In this document: positions 8,237-17,732 of the stretch, piece after piece
How positions within the stretch are numbered: position 1 is the first letter of the stretch
Layout: each line of letters starts with the position of its first letter
Source of the DNA: Pedosphaera sp.
Lineage (GTDB): Bacteria > Verrucomicrobiota > Verrucomicrobiia > Limisphaerales > SIBH01
Assembly: GCA_031414955.1 (NCBI GenBank)
Contig: JANOQV010000159.1
Coordinates: 1-64,000, forward strand
Direction: 5' to 3'
Length of the DNA stretch: 64,000 nucleotides
Position numbers and translations under genes: made by a program
Notes under the pieces: generated by a model
What the model was told of the DNA's origin: nothing
Seen by the model: the letters and a program-made list of their open reading frames with translations, nothing else
Databases searched by the model: none

Positions 8237-10993
8237 TTACTTCACCGCGTTGCCATCCACGTCGAGCAGGTGCAGTTCGCCCATGTTCAGTTCGCGGATG
8301 CCGGCTTCGACCTTGGCGCGATCACCCACGATGACCCAGATGAGTTTATCGGGGTGGATGACCTTCTTGGCCGCCTCGGCGAGTTGCGCCTGGGTGAGGG
8401 CGCGGACTTTGTCGGGATAGGTGAGGTAATGGTCGTCGGGGAGGTTGAAGCGCGCCATGCGCGTGAGGGCCCCGGCCACGGCTCCGGCGGTTTCGAGCGA
8501 GCCGGGCAATTGCAGGGTCTGCGTGGCTTGCGCCTTCTTAAGCTCATCCTCGGTGATGGGTTTGTCGCCGAGCACGTTCTTCACTTCTTTCTGCAGTTCG
8601 ACCAGCGACTCTTTGGTCTTGTCGGTCTGCACCGGGGCCATCATCAGGAACGGCCGTTGCGCCCGCGTGCCCGTGAGGTAAGAGCGCGATCCGTAGCTCC
8701 AATGCTTGTCTTCGCGCAGGTTCATGTTGATGCGCGAAGTGAAGGTGCCGCCTAGAATGTTGTTCATGGTCTCGATGGACACTTCCGTCTTCGGGTCGAG
8801 GGCGGGCGCGATCTCGCCGGCGAAGATGATCGACTGGATGGAGCCGGGCCGGTCGATGAGATAGACGCCGGGCTGGGCGGCGGAACGGGCGAGAGTGGCA
8901 ATGTTCTTCTTGGGCACCTCACCGGGTTTCCAATTGCGGAAGAGCTTGTCGAGCTTGGGCGCGATCTCTTCGAGCGTAGTGTCGCCCACGATGATGAGGG
9001 TGGCGTTGTTGGGCTTCATCCAGGTGTCGTAATACTTGCGCAAGTCGGCCGTCGTAAGCTTGGCCACGCTGGCCTCGGTGCCGGAACCGGTCATGGGATT
9101 GCCGTAGGCGTGGCCCGGGCCGAAAAGCAGGCCGGGGAAAACGCGCATGGCCATGGAACTAGGCTCGGCCTTTTCGCGCGCGATGCCGGCAATGGCCTGC
9201 TTCTGGTTGCGCGCGAAATCGGCTTCGGGGAAGGCGGGGTTCAAGGCCACGTCGGCGAAAATCTCCAGCGACGCGTCAAGCTTGCTCTTGAGCGCGTTGA
9301 GCGACACGGAACACATGTCGAGGTCGGCGCCGCTGCTCACGCTCGCGCCGAGACGCGCAGTCTCGTCGCTGATCTGAAGCGAGGTGCGTTTCTTCGTGCC
9401 CTCATCAAGCATGCGCAGGGCGAGTTTCGCCGTGCCCGGCGTGGCGAATTGGTCCGCGGCGTAACCGGCATCAACCAGCAGCGTGAGCGACACCGTGGGC
9501 ACGGCGCGGCGCTCGGCCAGGACGATCTTCAGTCCGTTGGCGAGTTGTGTGCGTTGCAGGGTGGGGAACTTCACGCCGGGCTTGAGGTCAGGATACGGGA
9601 TGGTCTTGCGGTCCACGTCCTTGGTGACCTCGGCGTATTTCGGGAACGGATGGACTTCGAGAATGTAAACGCCGTCGCTCAACCATTGGCGCGAGGTCTC
9701 CACAATCTCCTTCGCCGTGGCCCCGAGGGTCTCGGCCAGCGCTTGCTTGTAATAGTCGGGTCGGCCGAGGAAGACCGAGTTCTGCGCGAGAATGTCCGAC
9801 TTGCCGCCGAAGCCGCCGATGCGCTCGATGCCGCGAATGAAGCCCGCCTCGTATTGTGTCTGGGCGCGCTCCAACTCGTCCTTGGTCGGGCCGTCCTTGA
9901 GGAACCTGGCCAGCTCTTCGTCGAGCGCCTGCTCGACTTTTTCCAACGGCACGCCCGGCCGGGCCGTGGCCATGATGCCGAACTGCCCGCCGATCTCACT
10001 CAGGTCCACGAAGGCGTGCGCGTCCGTGGCGAGCTGGTCTTCATAGACGAGCCGCTTGTAGAAGCGCGACGACTTGCCCTGCGCGAGCACGTCGCTGGCG
10101 AGGTTGAGCAGGTTGCCAGCGCGCGTGCCGTATTGCGGGATGTTCCAGATCTTGTAGATGCGCGCCTGCGGGACACGATCCTCGGCGCGCTGGCGATGCG
10201 TGCCGCTGCGCTTGGCGATCCAGGCCTCGTGCTTGGCAATGGGCGGGCCGGAGGGAATCCAGCCGAAATACTTCTGCACCTTGGCGAAGACTTCCTCGGG
10301 CTTCACGTCGCCGGCGATGGTGAGCGTGGCGTTGGCCGCGCCGTAGTAAGCCTTGAACCACTCCTTCACGTCGTCGAGCGAGGCGGCATTCAAGTCTTCC
10401 ATCGAGCCGATGACCGTCCACGAATACGGATGCCCGACCGGCCAGGTGTTCTTCTGGATCAGCTCGCGCGAGACGGCGTAAGGCTGGTTCTCGCCCTGGC
10501 GCTTTTCGTTCTGCACCACGCCGCGCTGCTCATCGAGCTTGGCCTGCGTGATGGCGCCGAGCAGATGCCCCATCCGATCCGACTCCAGCCAGAGCAGCAG
10601 ATCGAGCGCGTCCTCGGGCGCGTTCTCGAAATAGTTCGTGCGATCCTCGCTGGTCGTGCCGTTCATGTCGGTGGCGCCGACCTTCTCCGTGGCCTTGAAG
10701 AAATCGTCGTCGAAGTTCTCGCTGCCGTTAAACATCAGGTGCTCGAACAGGTGGGCGAAACCGGTCTTGCCCGGCTTCTCGTTCTTGGAGCCGACGTGAT
10801 ACCACACGTTCACCGCCACGATGGGCGCCTTCTTGTCCACATGCACGATGAGCGTCAGCCCGTTGCTCAACACATACTTGGTGTAAGGGATTTCGATGCT
10901 GAGCGCAGGGACTTGGTTCGCAGCGCGGGAGAGTGGCGGCACGAGCGCGAGCGCCGTGAAGACGACGGCGCACAGAAATTTTTGGATTCGCAT
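8237..10993 (-). CDS. M16 family zinc protease (pitrilysin/PqqL-like), secreted
   Basis: GFAHLFEHLMF (HxxEH), LREDKHWSYG, two-lobed architecture; signal peptide follows the ATG at 10993. Confidence 0.92.
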   Translation of the reverse strand: MRIQKFLCAVVFTALALVPPLSRAANQVPALSIEIPYTKYVLSNGLTLIVHVDKKAPIVAVNVWYHVGSKNEKPGKTGFAHLFEHLMFNGSENFDDDFFKATEKVGATDMNGTTSEDRTNYFENAPEDALDLLLWLESDRMGHLLGAITQAKLDEQRGVVQNEKRQGENQPYAVSRELIQKNTWPVGHPYSWTVIGSMEDLNAASLDDVKEWFKAYYGAANATLTIAGDVKPEEVFAKVQKYFGWIPSGPPIAKHEAWIAKRSGTHRQRAEDRVPQARIYKIWNIPQYGTRAGNLLNLASDVLAQGKSSRFYKRLVYEDQLATDAHAFVDLSEIGGQFGIMATARPGVPLEKVEQALDEELARFLKDGPTKDELERAQTQYEAGFIRGIERIGGFGGKSDILAQNSVFLGRPDYYKQALAETLGATAKEIVETSRQWLSDGVYILEVHPFPKYAEVTKDVDRKTIPYPDLKPGVKFPTLQRTQLANGLKIVLAERRAVPTVSLTLLVDAGYAADQFATPGTAKLALRMLDEGTKKRTSLQISDETARLGASVSSGADLDMCSVSLNALKSKLDASLEIFADVALNPAFPEADFARNQKQAIAGIAREKAEPSSMAMRVFPGLLFGPGHAYGNPMTGSGTEASVAKLTTADLRKYYDTWMKPNNATLIIVGDTTLEEIAPKLDKLFRNWKPGEVPKKNIATLARSAAQPGVYLIDRPGSIQSIIFAGEIAPALDPKTEVSIETMNNILGGTFTSRINMNLREDKHWSYGSRSYLTGTRAQRPFLMMAPVQTDKTKESLVELQKEVKNVLGDKPITEDELKKAQATQTLQLPGSLETAGAVAGALTRMARFNLPDDHYLTYPDKVRALTQAQLAEAAKKVIHPDKLIWVIVGDRAKVEAGIRELNMGELHLLDVDGNAVK

Positions 10994-11042
10994 GGGCGGG
11001 AAATTAGAGGCCGGGCCGGGCAATTCAAATTCCAAATTCGCC

Positions 11043-11109
11043 GGAGCACAGGTCTCCGACCCGGCAGGCAGATCCATGCCCAACGAGCCGGGGCGGAGAC
11101 AGGCGCTCC
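11043..11109. repeat. REP doublet (inverted pair)
   Basis: ggagcacaggtctccgacccggc ... gccgggcggagacaggcgctcc. Confidence 0.6.
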
Positions 11110-11162
11110 AATCTCTGGGGAACAGGGACCGACGCACACGGCTCATGTTCGAGTCCTTCCAG

Positions 11163-11338
11163 TTTGGGACCATAGGGCTATGCCCTTGATTCCCGTCACG
11201 GCGGAACTCCGAACTGTGGGCAGAAAGATGAAACACCCATGTTGTTGTCATCCATTTTTCTGCCACGGCTGTTGGTTTGCGTCCGGCGCCCGCTCCGACC
11301 GGGACGGGGAATCAAGGGCATAGCCCTACGGGACCAAA
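11163..11338. repeat. nested inverted-repeat element (MITE/REPIN-like)
   Basis: ~39-bp arms tagggctatgcccttgattccc / gggaatcaagggcatagcccta enclose a ggcagaaa...tttctgcc palindrome. Confidence 0.7.
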
Positions 11339-11472
11339 CCCAAAGGCCAGGTGCAGGATGGTCAGTGGCAATCAGCTTTTGTGTTTGCCTAAGAGGGCTG
11401 ACAACCGCATCGTGCCACTACCTCCTGTAGGGCATTGGAGACCGTTGCCAGGCCAGTCGTGGAGAGTGAATT

Positions 11473-14400
11473 ATGAAAGCTCTGTTCAAGACAATTAGTC
11501 CCTTCCTCCTGGCTTTTGCCGCGCTGGCGACTTCCGCCGCCACGCCTGCGGACTTGGTTTCATCCTGGCGCGCTGATGGCAACGCGCAGGACGCCATGGG
11601 GACCAACCACGGCACCCTGATTGGCGGCGCTGGCTTCACGGCCGGTGTGAGCGGTCAAGCATTCCTGCTCGACGGGATCGACGACTTCATCCGCATCCCG
11701 GACAGCGCCTCCCTTCATCTTGCCGGGGAATTGACCGTGGAGATGTGGTTCAAGCGCGAGGACGCCTCGAGCTACGGCGTGCTGATGGACAAGCGCGACT
11801 GGTTCACCTGCAACTACGGTGTGATCATGTCGAGCGATTGGGGGTTCCAGCTCTATTGCAGCGATGGCAGCTACAAGATTTCTCATTCGCCAGTTCCGTC
11901 ACCGGGCACCTTCCATCACCTGGCTGGCACCTACCGACAGACCGACCCCAGCCATGTGGAACTCAAGACTTACGTCGATGGACAACTGGTGGCATCAGAC
12001 AACTTCTCGGGGAATCTCGCCGCAACCTTCAACTCCCAGAACCTGACGATCGGCGTCGGACGGGATGGCGAGGGTGGTTCGTTCTTCCGGGGCGTGATTG
12101 ATGAAGTGTCCCTCTACCGCAAGGCGTTGAGCCTGTCCGAGATTCAATCGAATTATCTGGCGTTCAGCACCAACGTGCCTCCGCCCCCGCCTCCGCCAAC
12201 TAACTCGGGCGGCTTGTTGGCGCTCTGGCGCGCAGATGGCGACGGTCAAGACTCAATCGGCGTCAATCACGGCGCCCTGATGGGCGGCGTCGGTTTTGCA
12301 CCCGGTGTCAGCGGCCAAGGTTTCCTGCTTGATGGTTCGGATGATTACGTCCGTGTGCTTGATCATCCGTCGCTCCATCTTGCCAGCGAGTTCACGGTGG
12401 AAATGTGGTTCAAGCGGGAGGACGCCTCCAGCTATGGAGCGCTGTTCGACAAGCGCAATTGGACCACTTGCAATTACGGTGTGATCATGTCCGGCGACTG
12501 GGGCTTCCAGCTTTATTACAACGATCCGAGCGTCTATCAGGGGAACCTGTTCGAGATTTCCTTTTCTCCCGTGCCCTCTCCGGGTGTGTTTCATCATCTG
12601 GCCGGCACGTTCCGGCAGGCGGATGCGGGCCATGTCGAGTTGAAGACTTACATCGATGGCCAGTTGGTGCAGGCCGACACGCTCAACGGCAACTTGGGCA
12701 ACACCTTCAATGCCGATGCACTGGCCATTGGCACGGCTCGCGACGGTCAGGGAGGTGGTAATTTCCGCGGCGTCATCGACGAGGTGGCGCTCTACGGCCG
12801 GGCCCTCACGGCCTCCGAAGTCCTGTCCAATTACACAGCCCTGGCCACGAATCTACCTCCTCCTCCTCCTCCTCCTCCGCCCCCCACGAACTCGGCTGGT
12901 CTCGTGGCTCAGTGGCACGCGGATGGCGATGCGCAGGATTCGGTCGGGAGCAACCATGGAACGCTGGTGGGGTCCGCCGGCTTTGGCGCAGGTGTCAGCG
13001 GCCAAGGGTTTGTTCTGGACGGTCAAGGCAGCTTCATCCGGATTCCGGACAGCGCGTCGTTGCACCTCTCCGGCGAGTTGACGGTCGAGATGTGGTTCAA
13101 GCGCAACGATGCTTCCAGCTACGGTGCGCTCATCGATAAACGAAATTGGGTGAACTGCAATTTCGGTGTGATCATGTCCGCCGACTGGGGCTTCCAAGTT
13201 TATTACGAAGACCCGAATGTCAATCAGGGCCATGGTTACGAAATTTCCTTTTCGGCCGTGCCCGCTCCCGGCGTGTTCCATCACTTCGCGGGCACCTATC
13301 GCCAGGTGGATCCAGGCCATGTCGAGTTGAAGACCTACATCGATGGACAACTGACCCGGACTGACACTCTGGGCGGAAATCTAGCCACCACATTCAACAA
13401 TGACGCTCTCGCCATCGGAACGGCTCGCAACGGGCTGGGTGGCTCCTTCTTCAACGGAGTGATCGATGAGGTCGCGCTCTATGGCCGGGCTTTGACCGCT
13501 TCGGAGGTGTTCTCGAATTACACCGCCATCGTCACCAATCTGCCCCCGCCGCCTCCGCCGCCTCCGCCTTCCACCAATTCGGGCGGCCTTATCGCGCTCT
13601 GGCACGCGGAAGGCAATGGACAGGATTCCGCGGGCAACAATCACGGCAGTCTGCACGGTGGTCTGAATTTTGCGCCCGGTGTAGTCGGGCAGGGCTTCGT
13701 GCTCGATGGCGTGAACGACTACATCCGGATTCCTGACAGTGCTGCCCTTGACCTCGCCAACGAATTCACGATGGAGATGTGGTTCAAGCGCGAGGATGCT
13801 GGCAGCTACGGCGTGCTCATGGACAAGCGCAATTGGACCTCGTGCAACTATGGCGTGATCATGTCCGCCGATTGGGGCTTCCAGGTCTATTACGATGACC
13901 CGACCGTGGCCGGCCTTCACCAGTACGAGATTTCTTTCTCGGGTGTGCCAGGCGCGGGGATTTTCCACCATTTCGCGGGCACGTTCCGCCAGACCGACGC
14001 GACGCATGTGGAAGTGAGAACCTACATCGATGGCCAATTGATCCGGGCTGACGTATTGCCGGGAAATCTGGCCGCCACGTTCAACGGAGATGCACTGGCC
14101 ATCGGCGCAGCCCGCGATGGAGCCGATGGCTTTTTCCGTGGCGTGATCGACGAAGTGGCGCTGCACGGCCGGGCCTTGAGCGCGGCGGAAGTGCTTTCCA
14201 ACTACGTTACCATCGCCACGCTCCCGCAAATCATTTCCCAGCCGCAGAGCCTGGCTGTGGTTCAAGGCGATCCGGCTACGCTCACGGTCAGCGCGGTGGG
14301 AGCGCCGCCCTTGCGCTATCAATGGAGTCGGTCGGGGAATGACCTCGCGGGCGAAACGAACAGCAGCCTCGCCTTCGGCGGGGCACAGTTCGCGGATGGC

Positions 14401-15402
14401 GGCGATTACGTGGTGGTGGTCGCCAATGATTCCGGCAGCGTGACCAGTGTGGTGGCCTCCCTGACGGTTTCCGACACGGGGCTTCCGCCCTCGTTCCTTA
14501 CGCAACCGACCTCAGTCAATTCTACTCCTGTCGGCGGGACGGTCATCTTGAGCGCCACGGTGGCGGGCACGCCGCCCTTTGCCTTCACCTGGACCTTCGA
14601 TGGCGTGGTCATTCCTGGAGCCGTGCAATCGTCCCTGATCCTGAGCAACGTCCAGACGGAAAACGCCGGCACCTACCAGTTGGTGGTGAGCAACGAATGG
14701 GGCTACGCCACCAGCACGGTTTCCACGCTCAACGTGAATCAGGGGGGCGGTGGTGGAACCCTGATCTTCAACAACACGGCGGCCAACCTCGTTTACGACG
14801 TGGGCGGGCTTGACGGTGTCCCGAGCGGAGAGGGTTATCTGGCCGCGCTTTACGTGGGCAGCCAGGCGAGCAATCTCACCCAGGTCGGCGGCACGGCTGG
14901 CTTCATCGCTCCTGGCAGGTTTTTTGGCGGCACTCGCAGCGTCTCCTTCATGGCGCCCGGCCAGATCGCCCAGGTTCAGGTCAGGGTTTGGGATTCCAAA
15001 GTAAGTTCAACCTACGAAGAGGCCGTTGCCCTCGGCGCAGTTCACGGAGCATCGCCAGTTTTCGCGCATCTCCTGGCCGGCGGCGTGACGCCTCCGTACA
15101 CCCTCTCTTCCATGCCGGGTTTCTCGCTGCAACCAGGCACGGGCGCGGAGGCCCGCCGTGGCCTGAAATTGGCGGATGCCGTCCCGATCCAACTGAGCAA
15201 GATTTCCCGCTCCGGCCACACCGCCAGCTTCGTCCTCAGCGGGGCGGCGGGAGCGACCTTCGCCATCGAGTCATCCAGCAATCTGGCCGATTGGACGACC
15301 CTCGGCCATGTGGTCAACAATTCGGGGGCAGTGAGATTCGTGGACCCGAATGCGCCGGCGGGCGAGACGCGCTTTTACCGCGCGCGGCTGATCAATCCCT
15401 GA
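11473..15402 (+). CDS. secreted protein with four LamG-like jellyroll domains, poly-Pro linkers, two Ig domains and a C-terminal RFYR domain
   Basis: Four W.ADG..QD..G.NHG.L...FRGVIDEV.LY..AL...E repeats; QPQSLAV..G..ATL.V.A.G..PL.YQW; ends RFYRARLINP. Confidence 0.88.
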   Translation: MKALFKTISPFLLAFAALATSAATPADLVSSWRADGNAQDAMGTNHGTLIGGAGFTAGVSGQAFLLDGIDDFIRIPDSASLHLAGELTVEMWFKREDASSYGVLMDKRDWFTCNYGVIMSSDWGFQLYCSDGSYKISHSPVPSPGTFHHLAGTYRQTDPSHVELKTYVDGQLVASDNFSGNLAATFNSQNLTIGVGRDGEGGSFFRGVIDEVSLYRKALSLSEIQSNYLAFSTNVPPPPPPPTNSGGLLALWRADGDGQDSIGVNHGALMGGVGFAPGVSGQGFLLDGSDDYVRVLDHPSLHLASEFTVEMWFKREDASSYGALFDKRNWTTCNYGVIMSGDWGFQLYYNDPSVYQGNLFEISFSPVPSPGVFHHLAGTFRQADAGHVELKTYIDGQLVQADTLNGNLGNTFNADALAIGTARDGQGGGNFRGVIDEVALYGRALTASEVLSNYTALATNLPPPPPPPPPPTNSAGLVAQWHADGDAQDSVGSNHGTLVGSAGFGAGVSGQGFVLDGQGSFIRIPDSASLHLSGELTVEMWFKRNDASSYGALIDKRNWVNCNFGVIMSADWGFQVYYEDPNVNQGHGYEISFSAVPAPGVFHHFAGTYRQVDPGHVELKTYIDGQLTRTDTLGGNLATTFNNDALAIGTARNGLGGSFFNGVIDEVALYGRALTASEVFSNYTAIVTNLPPPPPPPPPSTNSGGLIALWHAEGNGQDSAGNNHGSLHGGLNFAPGVVGQGFVLDGVNDYIRIPDSAALDLANEFTMEMWFKREDAGSYGVLMDKRNWTSCNYGVIMSADWGFQVYYDDPTVAGLHQYEISFSGVPGAGIFHHFAGTFRQTDATHVEVRTYIDGQLIRADVLPGNLAATFNGDALAIGAARDGADGFFRGVIDEVALHGRALSAAEVLSNYVTIATLPQIISQPQSLAVVQGDPATLTVSAVGAPPLRYQWSRSGNDLAGETNSSLAFGGAQFADGGDYVVVVANDSGSVTSVVASLTVSDTGLPPSFLTQPTSVNSTPVGGTVILSATVAGTPPFAFTWTFDGVVIPGAVQSSLILSNVQTENAGTYQLVVSNEWGYATSTVSTLNVNQGGGGGTLIFNNTAANLVYDVGGLDGVPSGEGYLAALYVGSQASNLTQVGGTAGFIAPGRFFGGTRSVSFMAPGQIAQVQVRVWDSKVSSTYEEAVALGAVHGASPVFAHLLAGGVTPPYTLSSMPGFSLQPGTGAEARRGLKLADAVPIQLSKISRSGHTASFVLSGAAGATFAIESSSNLADWTTLGHVVNNSGAVRFVDPNAPAGETRFYRARLINP

Positions 15403-15537
15403 GCCATCGCTTCTTTGCGCAGACGGCGACAGATCCACTGCCGCCGTTTTTGCATTGAGGCATCAACCGGAGCGCAACTCGGCACCCGACCTGCAACAAC
15501 GCCAGTGATTTCACAAGACGTTCTGATGCGGCCAGCC

Positions 15538-15566
15538 TGCTGCGGGTTGAAAACCCGCGCGCCGGG
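15538..15566. repeat. REP palindrome, also present as an inverted pair at ~39507-39615
   Basis: tgctgcgggttgaaaacccgcgc recurs at ~39589-39611. Confidence 0.7.
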
Positions 15567-15665
15567 ATTTGGGCAGCAGGTTCCCGAGCTGTGCCCGGCC
15601 TTGAGCGCGCGCCTGAAAACGCATCGACAAAGCTTCGCGCTCCCGCTTTCATCCGGCCCTCGCAA

Positions 15666-16649
15666 ATGAGTCAAAGTCAGAAATGTCTGGTCACGGGCGC
15701 GGCCGGTTTTATCGGCAGCCATCTGGTGGATCGATTGCTGGAGCGCGGCGCCACCGTGCTCGGCGTGGACAACATGAAGCTGGGCCGCCGGGCCAACCTC
15801 GCCGCCGCCCTGGAGAACACCCGATTCAAGTTCGTCGAGCTGGATGTGAACGATCTTCCGACCTTCCTGCGCACGGTGCGGCAGCAGTCGCATGACCGGC
15901 CCTTCGACATCACCTGGCATCTGGCGGCGAACTCCGACATTCGCGCCGGCGTCACGGACCCGGACGTGGACTTGCGCGACACGTTTCTGACCACGTTCAA
16001 CACGCTCAAGGTGATGCGCGAGTTGAAGATTCCACAGCTCGCCTTCGCCTCGACCTCGGCCATTTACGGGAACCAACCGGTGACGCTGGTCGAAAACCTT
16101 GGCCCGCTCTTTCCCATCTCCAACTATGGCGCGATGAAGCTCGCCTCGGAGGCGTGCATCTCGGCGGCGCTCGAAGCTTACCTGCAACGCGCCTGGATTT
16201 TTCGCTTCCCGAACGTCGTCGGCAGTCGCTCGACCCACGGCGTGATTTACGATTTCGTGCAGAAGTTGAAAGCGAACCCGAACGAGCTGGAAGTGCTGGG
16301 CGACGGTGCGCAGCAGAAACCTTACTTCCATGTCACGGACCTGATTGACGCGATGCAGCTCATCGTCGAGCGCGCGGGCGAGAAGCTGAACTATTTCAAC
16401 ATCGGCACGGCCAACACCGCCAGCACGGTGCGTTACATCGCGGAACGGGTCGTGGCCCGCATGTCGCCGTCCGCAACCATCCGTTACGGCGGCGGGAGCA
16501 AGGGCTGGATTGGCGACGTGCCCAAATTCAATTACTCCATCGAGAAGCTCACCCAGCTCGGCTGGGCGCCGCGGCTGGTCTCGGACCAGGCGGTGGATCG
16601 CGCCATCGAGGAGATTGTGACCGAGTCCGCCTCTGCTGCGGCGCACTGA
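15666..16649 (+). CDS. NAD-dependent nucleotide-sugar epimerase/dehydratase
   Basis: VTGAAGFIGSHL, ASTSAIYG, YGAMK (YxxxK). Confidence 0.9.
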   Translation: MSQSQKCLVTGAAGFIGSHLVDRLLERGATVLGVDNMKLGRRANLAAALENTRFKFVELDVNDLPTFLRTVRQQSHDRPFDITWHLAANSDIRAGVTDPDVDLRDTFLTTFNTLKVMRELKIPQLAFASTSAIYGNQPVTLVENLGPLFPISNYGAMKLASEACISAALEAYLQRAWIFRFPNVVGSRSTHGVIYDFVQKLKANPNELEVLGDGAQQKPYFHVTDLIDAMQLIVERAGEKLNYFNIGTANTASTVRYIAERVVARMSPSATIRYGGGSKGWIGDVPKFNYSIEKLTQLGWAPRLVSDQAVDRAIEEIVTESASAAAH

Positions 16650-16667
16650 GGCGGCGCTGAATTTCCC

Positions 16668-17732
16668 GTGAGCGCCTCCCATCCAAAGCCGCTGAACCTG
16701 AAGCTGATTTGCCCCGGCTGCCGCGCGGCACTGGTGGCGAGCGGCCCGGATTTGAAGTGCTCGGGCTGCGGCACGCCTTACACGCGCAACGATGGCATCA
16801 TCTCCTTCCTCACGCCGGACGAACGGTTCAACGAAGGCGGCTACGAGGCGAAGCAGATCGCGGCCTGGACTTACTCCGCCGAACTGCGGAACAAGATTCG
16901 CCGGAGCAAGCTGCTCACCTTCATCAACGACGTGCGCATCCGCTTCTCGCTCTCGGGACGGCGCGACCGGATTTTCCTCAAGGAGATGAAGCCGCGCGCG
17001 CGGCCCGACACTTTGATTCTGGACCTCGGCTGCGGCGGCGGGCGCCACTACTTCGCCAGCTACGGGCGCGTGGTCGGCATCGATCCGGTGCTGCCGCTGT
17101 TGAAACTGGCGAGAGAGATTTACGACGAAGTTTATCAGACCAGCGGGTTCAAACTGCCCTTCGCCGACGGCACCTTCGACTACGTGGTCTCAAGCGACGT
17201 GCTTGGGCACATCACGGACGAGAACAAAGACATGCTCTTCTCCGAGATCAACCGCGTGCTCAAGCCCGGCGGGCGCACGGTGCATTGCAGCGAGGCCGAT
17301 GCGACCAATGTCTGGTATCGCTTCGCCCGCCGGGAGCCGCAGCTCTTCTACAAATACTTCGTCGATATTCCCGGCCACTTCGGCATGGAGTTGATCAGCC
17401 AGATGGATGCGCGGTTTGCCCGGCATGGTTTCCGGGCGGTGCGGATCAAGAAGCTTTGCAGCACCATTCAGGAGCCGGGGACTTTGACGGCGTGGTTCGA
17501 CAACGAGTACCGGCGGACAAGCCCGGGCATCGCCTTCCTCGTGCGCATCGACAAGCTGCTCACCAAAAGTTTTGCCTTCCGTCAGTTGTTCAATTTCCTG
17601 CTCGAACCACTGGCCCAGATCGATGACGCGCTCACGCCGCTGGATCACGGGCCGGGCGCGCTGATCGTCTATGAGAAGATCGCGGAGGCGAAGGCTGCGC
17701 CGGCCGCGCAAAAACTCGCCCCGACTCCGTGA
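16668..17732 (+). CDS. class I SAM-dependent methyltransferase with N-terminal Zn ribbon
   Basis: CPGC..CSGC; ILDLGCGGG; LPFADGTFD; RVLKPGG. Confidence 0.85.
   Translation: MSASHPKPLNLKLICPGCRAALVASGPDLKCSGCGTPYTRNDGIISFLTPDERFNEGGYEAKQIAAWTYSAELRNKIRRSKLLTFINDVRIRFSLSGRRDRIFLKEMKPRARPDTLILDLGCGGGRHYFASYGRVVGIDPVLPLLKLAREIYDEVYQTSGFKLPFADGTFDYVVSSDVLGHITDENKDMLFSEINRVLKPGGRTVHCSEADATNVWYRFARREPQLFYKYFVDIPGHFGMELISQMDARFARHGFRAVRIKKLCSTIQEPGTLTAWFDNEYRRTSPGIAFLVRIDKLLTKSFAFRQLFNFLLEPLAQIDDALTPLDHGPGALIVYEKIAEAKAAPAAQKLAPTP

Noticed and set aside
11100..11175. gttcgagtcc T-loop-like motif suggesting a tRNA
   Set aside because: No cloverleaf, acceptor stem or D-arm could be built
10994..11266. 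91-aa N-terminal extension of the M16 protease ORF
   Set aside because: Runs through REP elements; the signal peptide starts at 10993
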